This document shows, piece by piece, positions 9,601 through 15,047 of a DNA stretch of 21,244 nucleotides (the stretch's first letter is position 1; every line of letters starts with the position of its first letter). Made by a program: the position numbers and the translations under genes. Origin of the DNA: an uncultured Gemmatimonadales bacterium (GTDB lineage: Bacteria; Gemmatimonadota; Gemmatimonadetes; Gemmatimonadales; GWC2-71-9). The stretch spans positions 1-21,244 of the forward strand of contig CAVVKJ010000013.1 in assembly GCA_963748815.1 (NCBI GenBank), written 5' to 3'. The notes under the pieces were generated by a model. The model saw nothing but the letters and a program-made list of their open reading frames with translations. It searched no databases and had not been told where the DNA came from.

Positions 9601-9691
9601 CGCGCGGCGCCTGCGCGGCCAGCGGGGTGGCGAGGCAGGCGGTCGCGAGCGTGAGGCCGGCGACAGCGGATCGCATTCGAAGGAGCGGCAT
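6641..9691 (-). CDS. DUF5107 domain plus TPR protein with a signal peptide and a C-terminal TM helix
   Basis: IYPY...LENAYLKVWILPEIGGKI...SGGIEAN...PGKK-like (AGKKIWIWG) and YAEVQSG motifs, followed by TPRs. Start is ATG 9691 after GAGG. Confidence 0.85.
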   Translation of the reverse strand: MPLLRMRSAVAGLTLATACLATPLAAQAPRATVREFTRVFPTYPFSDPNPIPVVGRIYPYFRFDGFTDVAEPRAWKVVELENAYLKVWILPEIGGKIWNAVDKRTGRSFIYFNQVVKFRDIAMRGPWTSGGIEANYGIIGHTPNVATPVDYVTRTNLDGSVSCFIGALDLLTRTPWRLEIRLGAADAAFSTTSFWYNASDLEQPYYSWMNVGIPVRGNLQFAYPGTGRLGHAGEHAPWPVDTTGRDLSWYENNDFGGYKSYHVFGRETDFFGAYWHDDDVGMVRYAPRDEKAGKKIWIWGLSRQGMIWEQLLTDTDGQYAEVQSGRLFNQTAEQSTFTPFKHFGFTPHVADRWTEYWYPVGAIGGIVAASRLGALNVTVLEDRLVIALSPAEPLADTVVVYAGSRRLYTRFVRRPPRELFVDTVSVGGAIRDSLRVTVGGHRLAYRLDPRAGDLARPLDAPADFDWQSAYGLYLRGKEWLRQREYGPAAAYLDSALARDPYFVPALADRGMLAIRSTDYEAALGFTTTALQVDTYDGAANYYYGLANRRLGKLADAKDGFEIATLSPAYRGAAWTELARLSLAAGDAEAAASYADKALMVESDNLDALGVHVVAARRKGDRRAADAWRSRLAAADPLSHQARLERLLAQGDPALPATLAAGIRSELPDQVLLELAAWYVDVGDTTVATQVLAAAGEVPEALYWRAYLLEGTSAGEELLRKANAQSPRFAFPFRPETMPSLQWAAAQTPDWKSRYYLALAYWGSGRLDAADSLLTLLGDTPDYAPFYAARATFPGRPAALARSDLEHAAALDSAEWRYGRLLSERLLATGDSASAAAVARRYATRFPDNYILGLTLATALVANGDYAAADSALATLDVLPYEGRHDGRVLYRQAKLMLAVQAIREERWDSATALIAAARLWPERLGSGKPYDAELDERLEDLLLADVRYRSGASTERPRGFTEADLATAGDAAVLHAWQASAPRRGFEAWVNWLFVVIGVLAVALIHRRFRGPAPEA

Positions 9692-9766
9692 GAGCCTCGA
9701 CCGGGAGGGTGACAACGAACGATGGGTGGGGGCGGCGCGCGCCGCAACGCAGCGCCCCGTCTGGGC

Positions 9767-10171
9767 TCAGGCGGACGACTGCCCCGACCGCGCCAGGTAG
9801 ATCTTCCCGCCCAGCCAGCACTCCGGGATGGCCAGCACCATGAGCGAGATGGGGTACCAGCTCGGCCCCATCTCCCGTCCCCAGGTCGCCGCCACGCCGA
9901 GTCCGCCGAGCAGCGTGCCGAGGACCCCGAGGATCAGCGCGTGCTTCATCGGCTCCGATGGAGCCTTCGCGGCGGTCAGGTAGCCGGCGCCGATGGTGAT
10001 CAGGATGCGGTAGGAAAGGGCGATCCAGCTGAGCCGGTCGTCCAGGGGCGCGCCCATCGGCGGAAAGACCCCCACCACGTGGAGCAGTATATCGACCAGC
10101 GTGGTCGCCACGATGACGAGGAGCAGGCCGGCGCCGATGGCCCAGAGGTGTTGCCGGGTGAAAGATGTCAT
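9767..10171 (-). CDS. Uncharacterised 4-TM membrane protein (134 aa)
   Basis: C-terminal part of ORF 9767..11455. The real start is MTSFTRQ at 10171, after GGAG. Four hydrophobic helices, with GYLTAAKAP..PMKHAL and GP.WYP motifs. Confidence 0.8.
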   Translation of the reverse strand: MTSFTRQHLWAIGAGLLLVIVATTLVDILLHVVGVFPPMGAPLDDRLSWIALSYRILITIGAGYLTAAKAPSEPMKHALILGVLGTLLGGLGVAATWGREMGPSWYPISLMVLAIPECWLGGKIYLARSGQSSA

Positions 10172-10190
10172 TCTGGCTCCGCGCGGCTCG

Positions 10191-10293
10191 TGCACGTGAA
10201 GGCGCACCTCCCATCGTCGACGGCGAGGTGCATGAGGTTGAACGCCCTTCACACTACATCTCCCGGGGCGGAGCGCAACCTCCGCGTTCCGCC
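10191..10293 (-). other. Candidate structured RNA element in the leader of the 4-TM gene
   Basis: Three predicted stems plus a 7-nt loop-to-loop complementarity (see findings). No known family recognised. Confidence 0.35.
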
Positions 10294-10378
10294 ATGTCAG
10301 CCCCTCTTGACGGAGCGAAGAAATATTGCAACGATACTTGACCACGATCCCATCATCCTTGTCGGAGGTACGCCAGCC

Positions 10379-11797
10379 ATGCGGGTAGCCACCATGGACG
10401 GCCCCGAAGTCGAACTGCCGCAGGCGGCGCTCGACGGGCTCAAGCTGCGAGTGAAGGGTCCGGTGCTCCTCCCTGGAGACGCCGGGTACGACGATTCCCG
10501 GACGGTCTGGAACGCGATGATCGACCGACGTCCGGCGCTCGTGGTGCGCTGCCTCGGCAACGCCGATGTGATCGCCTGCGTGCAGTTTGCCCGGGAGCAC
10601 CGACTGCTCCTCTGCATGAAGGGCGGAGGGCACAACATCGCCGGGCTCGCGACTGCGGACGGCGCGCTGATGCTCGACCTTTCGCTGATGCGGGGGGTGT
10701 GGGTGGATGCGAAGAAGAAGGTGGCGCGGGCGCAGGGTGGGTGCCTGCTGGCGGATGTGGATCGCGAGACGCAGGTCCACGGCCTCGCGACCGTGCTGGG
10801 GTTTGTCTCCCTCACCGGCGCCGCGGGGCTCACCCTGGGCGGTGGTTTCGGCTACCTGACCCGGCGCTGGGGATGGACCACCGACAATGTGGTCGGGATG
10901 GAGATTGTGACTGCCGAAGGGGCGCTGGTGCGGGCCAACGCCAAGGAGAACCCCGATCTCTTCTGGGGACTGCGCGGTGGAGGCGGCAATTTTGGCGTGG
11001 TCACCAGCATCGAGTACGCGCTGCATCCCGTGGGGCCGGAAGTCGTCGGCGGCGTGGTGGCGTGGCCGGCGAGCCAGGCCCCCGGCGTGCTCAAGCTGTA
11101 CCGCCGACTCGCCGACAAGGCCTCGCCCAAGCTCACGCTCGTCACCTTCATGCGCCCGGCGCCGCCCGCTCCGTGGCTGCCGAAGGAGGTGCATGGCCAG
11201 CCGATCGTCGCCATCCTCGCCTGCCACAGCGGCAAGCCGGAAGAGGGCGAAAAGGCGGTGAAGGCCATCAAGAAGTTCGGGAAGCCGGTCGGCGATATCC
11301 TTGTACGGAGACCGTACACCCAGCTCCAGAGCCTCCTCGACGGCACCCAACCGAAGGGCCGCCGCTACTACTGGAAGAGCGAGTACCTGTCGGAGGTCAC
11401 TCCGGAACTGTGCGACCGGTTCATGACGCGTGCGGCCACGATTCCGTCCCCCCATTCAGCGGTCATCCTCTTCCAGATCGGCGGCGCACTCAACAAGCTG
11501 GCCAACGCCCACTCGCCGGTGGGCAATCGGGACGCGCGCTACGTCCTGAATATCGGCGGGTCGTGGGAGCAGGCTGCAGACGATCCTGCCAATCTTGCCT
11601 GGGCGCGGGACACCTGGAGCGACCTCAAGCGTTTTTCCACCGGTGGGAATTACATCAACTTCCTGACGGAGGACGAGGGCGCCGAGCGGGTCGAGGCGGC
11701 GCTTGGGGCAGGAATGGAGCGGCTCCGGGAGATCAAGGCCCGCTGGGACCCGCATAACTTTTTCCGGACCAACCGGAACATCGCGCCGAAGGAATAG
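10379..11797 (+). CDS. FAD-binding oxidoreductase, VAO/BBE family (6-hydroxy-D-nicotine oxidase-like)
   Basis: WNAMIDRRP, KGGGHN (covalent-FAD His), GLTLGGGFG, LFWGLRGGGGNFGVVT and the C-terminal BBE motif YINF...IKARWDPHNFF. GGAGG RBS before ATG 10379. Confidence 0.93.
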   Translation: MRVATMDGPEVELPQAALDGLKLRVKGPVLLPGDAGYDDSRTVWNAMIDRRPALVVRCLGNADVIACVQFAREHRLLLCMKGGGHNIAGLATADGALMLDLSLMRGVWVDAKKKVARAQGGCLLADVDRETQVHGLATVLGFVSLTGAAGLTLGGGFGYLTRRWGWTTDNVVGMEIVTAEGALVRANAKENPDLFWGLRGGGGNFGVVTSIEYALHPVGPEVVGGVVAWPASQAPGVLKLYRRLADKASPKLTLVTFMRPAPPAPWLPKEVHGQPIVAILACHSGKPEEGEKAVKAIKKFGKPVGDILVRRPYTQLQSLLDGTQPKGRRYYWKSEYLSEVTPELCDRFMTRAATIPSPHSAVILFQIGGALNKLANAHSPVGNRDARYVLNIGGSWEQAADDPANLAWARDTWSDLKRFSTGGNYINFLTEDEGAERVEAALGAGMERLREIKARWDPHNFFRTNRNIAPKE

Positions 11798-11814
11798 CCC
11801 CTTACCCACCTCTC

Positions 11815-11844
11815 TTGACGAACGCCCTGCTTTCGGTGTATGTT
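11815..11844 (+). promoter_or_regulatory. Putative sigma70-type promoter of the mutagenesis operon
   Basis: TTGACG (11815-11820), an 18-nt spacer and TATGTT (11839-11844) in an AT-enriched intergenic segment. Confidence 0.6.
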
Positions 11845-11874
11845 CGGTTTAAGCTACCGAACAAAAGCCGAAAG
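11830..11874. promoter_or_regulatory. Symmetric operator-like palindrome, candidate SOS/LexA site
   Basis: CTTTCGG-N4-TGTTCGGT-N7-ACCGAACA-N4-CCGAAAG, with perfectly symmetric arms overlapping the -10 and the expected +1. Confidence 0.7.
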
Positions 11875-11882
11875 AGGGCGCC

Positions 11883-12047
11883 ATGCCACCCACTCCCCCA
11901 CCGCCTCCGCGGCCGCAATACCCGTCCCCACGAGCCAATCCACTGGCCTACCCCCGCATACGGGTCTGCCCCGAATGCGCCGGTCCCGTCACCCATAACT
12001 CCGGCTGCGTCACCTGCCGGGCATGTGGATGGGGAAAGTGCGGCTGA
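11883..12047 (+). CDS. 54-aa Pro-rich, Cys-rich zinc-ribbon microprotein
   Basis: MPPTPPPPPRPQYPSPRANPLAYPRIRVCPECAGPVTHNSGCVTCRACGWGKCG. AGAGGG RBS upstream; the stop overlaps the next ATG (TGATG). Too short for the ORF track. Confidence 0.8.
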   Translation: MPPTPPPPPRPQYPSPRANPLAYPRIRVCPECAGPVTHNSGCVTCRACGWGKCG

Positions 12048-13030
12048 TGGCCGCGGGGCAGGGAGGCAGCGGGGCAGGTGGGCAGTCGGTCCAGCGCGGC
12101 TCCCAACTCTCGCTCCTGCCCTGCGGCCCCGCGGCCCCGCAGCCCCGCCTCGGCGTAGCCGACAGCCGCGGCGTCTCCTTCGAATCCGTCCCGACCCGCT
12201 CCGTGCTCAACAGCCCTGCGGCCACCCACATGCCGTTCTGGTCGGTCAATCCCTATATCGGCTGCGAGTTCGGCTGCACCTATTGCTATGCCCGCGACAC
12301 TCATCGATGGACGATGGAGAGGACTGAGGGCCGAGGACTGAGGACTGAGGGCGATGCCTTTGAGAAGCGCATTCTTATAAAAACCGACGCGCCGCAGATT
12401 TTACTGCGCACGCTCGATCCAGTTCGGATCGATGGTGCGCCCATCGTCATCGGCACCGCCACCGATCCCTATCAGCCCGCCGAGCGGCGCTTCCGGATCA
12501 CCCGCGGGCTGCTCGAGTCGCTCCTCCCGCACCGCGGGCTCCACCTCGGCATCATCACCAAGTCGCCGCTCATCACCCGGGACATCGACCTCCTGGTGCA
12601 GCTCGCCGAACGCCACACCGTGAGCATCCACATCTCGCTCGCCGCCCTCGAGGGGCGGCTGGTCCGGCGCATCGAGGCCCGCTCCCCCGCCCCGCACGCC
12701 CGGCTCCGTGCGCTTAGCCGCCTGGCCGCCGCCGGCCTCGACGTCGGCCTTCTCGTGGCTCCCATCATCCCCGGCGTCACCGACGGCCGGGCACAACTGA
12801 CCGCGCTCTTCCGCGCGGCGAAGGACGCTGGCGCCCGTCGCGTGGCCGGGGAGGCGCTCCGACTCGGCCCCGCGGCGCGGCGCCACTTCCTTCCGCACCT
12901 GGCCCGCGAGTTCCCCGACCTCGCCGCGCGCTACGCCCGCCGCTACGGACAGCGGCAAACCGCGGGAAAGGACTACACGGCGGCGCTGGCACGGAGGGTG
13001 GATGCGATTCGGAGGGAGGTTGGGTTATGA
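12047..13030 (+). CDS. SplB-like radical SAM protein (Rv2578c/PA0069-like DNA-repair-associated family)
   Basis: SVNPYIGCEFGCTYCYAR (CxxxCxxC), IGTATDPYQPAE, ITKSPLITRDIDLL and APIIPGVTD. Start placed at ATG 12047, coupled to the upstream stop. Confidence 0.9.
   Translation: MAAGQGGSGAGGQSVQRGSQLSLLPCGPAAPQPRLGVADSRGVSFESVPTRSVLNSPAATHMPFWSVNPYIGCEFGCTYCYARDTHRWTMERTEGRGLRTEGDAFEKRILIKTDAPQILLRTLDPVRIDGAPIVIGTATDPYQPAERRFRITRGLLESLLPHRGLHLGIITKSPLITRDIDLLVQLAERHTVSIHISLAALEGRLVRRIEARSPAPHARLRALSRLAAAGLDVGLLVAPIIPGVTDGRAQLTALFRAAKDAGARRVAGEALRLGPAARRHFLPHLAREFPDLAARYARRYGQRQTAGKDYTAALARRVDAIRREVGL
12053..12148. repeat. Inverted pair of degenerate 8-mer tandem arrays inside the radical SAM gene
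   Basis: GCGGGGCA GGGAGGCA GCGGGGCA GGTGGGCA (12053-12084) and TGCCCTGC GGCCCCGC GGCCCCGC AGCCCCGC (12117-12148). Confidence 0.75.
12319..12353 (+). repeat. 7-mer tandem repeat (GAGGACT)x5, degenerate, intragenic
   Basis: GAGGACT GAGGGCC GAGGACT GAGGACT GAGGGCG, encoding RTEGRGLRTEG. Confidence 0.85.
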
Positions 13031-14271
13031 CCCGCTCTGTCCTGTTCATCGACCCCCCCGCCTTCTGCACCACCGTGGAGGCGCTCGTGGCCCCCGCCCT
13101 CCGCGGGCGGCCCGTCGCCGTGGCAGCGCCCGGCGCCGACCGCGCCACCGTGCTGGCGCTTTCTCCCGAGGCGCAGGCGGCCGGTATCACCCGCGGCATG
13201 CCGGTGCGTCAGGCGCAGAAGCGCTGCCCCGATCTCGCCCTCCTGCCCCCCAACCCGAAGCTCTACGCCCGCGCCTCCACCGCGCTGCACGACATCTTCC
13301 GCCGCTACGCGCCGGTCATCGAGCCCCGCGGCTACGGCCACGCCTACCTCGACGTGACCGGCACCGGCGCCCTCTTCGGCCCGCCGGTGGATGTGGCGCT
13401 CCGTATCCATCGCGAGGCGCGCAACGGCATCCGGCTCCCTGTCACCATCGGCGTCGGCGCCAACAAGCTGGTGACCACCGTGGCCGCTGGACAGCGCGAC
13501 GCGGACCACAGCGGCAATCGCGACGCCGTCGTCCCCGTGCCCGAAGGAGGCGAGGCCGCCTTCCTTTCCCCGCATCGGGTCGCACTCCTCCCCGACATCA
13601 CGGACCGAATCCGTGAACGGCTCGACGACTACCAGCTCGAACTCATCGGCGCGGTCGCCGCGGTCGGCGCCCCCGCCCTCGGCCAGGTCTTCGGCCGCGC
13701 CGGCGCCGAACTCCACGCCAAGGCGCGCGGCATCGACGCCAGCCCCGTTCTCCCCCCCGCCGTCCGGCGGGAGTTTCGCGCCGCCCATACCCTGGCCACC
13801 GACACCAACGACCTCGGCGTGCTCTTCGCCCTCCTCCGCCGACTTACCGAGCGGCTCGGCTCCAGGCTCCGGACCCGACACCTCGTCACCCGCCGGCTCC
13901 GCCTCGATCTGGCCTACGCCGACTACAGCACCAGCGGCCGCATCGTCACACTCCCCGGCGCCGCACTCGACGTGGCGCTGCTCGATGCCGCCCGCCGCGC
14001 CTTTACATTGGCCAACACCAAGCGGATCGCCGTCCGCACCGTGGCTCTCGCGGCGGAACAGCTGGCGGAAATGGATGTGCAGCTAGGCTTGTGGGACGGG
14101 GCCAGCGGCGGGGAAGCGGGAAAGCGGGGAAGCGGGGAAGCAGGACAGGAGGTCGTGATCCAGGACGCCATCGACCAGATTCGTAATCGCTGGGGGGCGC
14201 CAGGCATCGCGAGGGGAACGGCAAGGGCGCGGCCCGATCCTGTAGCACGAAATTGCGTTATCGTGCGCTAG
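13027..14271 (+). CDS. Y-family (DinB-like) polymerase homolog, probably catalytically inactive with an ImuB-like role
   Basis: VLFIDPPAF, GMPVRQAQKRCP and IGVGANKL motifs. EPRGYGHAYLDVTG stands in place of EPLSLDEAYLDVT. C-terminal QLGLW and AIDQIRNRWG. ATGA overlap with the upstream gene. Confidence 0.88.
   Translation: MTRSVLFIDPPAFCTTVEALVAPALRGRPVAVAAPGADRATVLALSPEAQAAGITRGMPVRQAQKRCPDLALLPPNPKLYARASTALHDIFRRYAPVIEPRGYGHAYLDVTGTGALFGPPVDVALRIHREARNGIRLPVTIGVGANKLVTTVAAGQRDADHSGNRDAVVPVPEGGEAAFLSPHRVALLPDITDRIRERLDDYQLELIGAVAAVGAPALGQVFGRAGAELHAKARGIDASPVLPPAVRREFRAAHTLATDTNDLGVLFALLRRLTERLGSRLRTRHLVTRRLRLDLAYADYSTSGRIVTLPGAALDVALLDAARRAFTLANTKRIAVRTVALAAEQLAEMDVQLGLWDGASGGEAGKRGSGEAGQEVVIQDAIDQIRNRWGAPGIARGTARARPDPVARNCVIVR
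14108..14147 (+). repeat. 8-mer tandem repeat (GCGGGGAA)-type, intragenic
   Basis: GCGGGGAA GCGGGAAA GCGGGGAA GCGGGGAA GCAGGACA, encoding GEAGKRGSGEAG. Confidence 0.9.
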
Positions 14272-14292
14272 GGGTGGGCGTGAGCCCACCCC
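14271..14292 (+). repeat. REP-like perfect hairpin with a GNRA loop
   Basis: GGGGTGGGC-GTGA-GCCCACCCC immediately after the stop codon, with no U-tract. Confidence 0.6.
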
Positions 14293-14347
14293 GTCTGCCG
14301 GCGCCGACGCCCCCGACCGACCCTTAGACGGGCAAAACGGAGCAAAC

Positions 14348-14890
14348 ATGGCAACCACATATTGTGAAGCAGCACGCGGCCACGAATGGCACGGCCCCTA
14401 CCACGACACCGAGTACGGCGTCCCGCTCACCGACGAGTCGGCGCTCTTCGAGCGCTTGATCCTGGAAATCAACCAGGCCGGGCTGAGCTGGCTCACCATT
14501 CTCAAGAAGCGCGACGCCTTCAAGCAGGCCTACAGCGGCTTCGATGTCGAGACGATCGCCCGCTACGGCGCCCGCGATACCGCCCGCCTGCTGGCCGACG
14601 CCGGTATCATCCGCAACCGGCTCAAGGTCGCGGCCGCCATCCACAACGCCCGGCAAGTCCTGGCGCTCCGGACGTCGCACGGCGGCTTTGCCGCCTGGCT
14701 CGATGCGCACCATCCGCTCCCCAAGGAGGAGTGGGTCAAGCTCTTCAAGCAGACCTTCCGGTTCACCGGCGGCGAAATCGTCGGAGAGTTCCTCCTCAGC
14801 ACGGGCTATCTGCCGGGGGCGCATGCACCGGATTGTCCGGCGTACAAGCGGATTCTCAAATTGAATCCGCCCTGGAAGCGACCGATATGA
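14348..14890 (+). CDS. tag: DNA-3-methyladenine glycosylase I
   Basis: YHDTEYG, LFERLILEINQAGLSWLTILKKR and GIIRNRLKV motifs. Zn ligands are present: N-terminal C and H, C-terminal HAPDC. GGAG RBS. Confidence 0.95.
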   Translation: MATTYCEAARGHEWHGPYHDTEYGVPLTDESALFERLILEINQAGLSWLTILKKRDAFKQAYSGFDVETIARYGARDTARLLADAGIIRNRLKVAAAIHNARQVLALRTSHGGFAAWLDAHHPLPKEEWVKLFKQTFRFTGGEIVGEFLLSTGYLPGAHAPDCPAYKRILKLNPPWKRPI

Positions 14891-15047
14891 CAAGACATAC
14901 GATCGCGGGGCATTGAGGGAGGCGGTGTTCGTCGGCGCAGGCACCACCACAGGGGAGCGGGGCGGCCGGGTTCGGTGCTGCCGGAGCCGACGACCACGCC
15001 GACCGAAGCGACCGCAACGCCGAGAGCGCATCACCTGAGACACACCT

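Noticed and set aside
10307..10338. Possible promoter or operator for the oxidoreductase (TTGACG; imperfect palindrome TATTGCAACGATA)
   Set aside because: There is no convincing -10 at 16-18 nt spacing and the palindrome is weak.
9722..10378. N-terminal extension of the FAD oxidoreductase, and the reciprocal extension of ORF 9767..11455
   Set aside because: Each extension is the antisense of the other real gene. RBS-supported starts are at 10379 (+) and 10171 (-).
11815..12327. 170-aa ORF spanning the operon promoter
   Set aside because: It starts inside the -35 element and has low-complexity sequence. The 54-aa Cys-rich ORF in another frame has an RBS and stop-start coupling.
14887..15038. 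Tiny ORFs between tag and dnaE2 (MTRHTIAGH; a 37-aa Arg-rich ORF from GTG 14925)
   Set aside because: Neither has a motif, and the GGGAGG is only 2 nt from the GTG. The sequence is better explained as a structured spacer.
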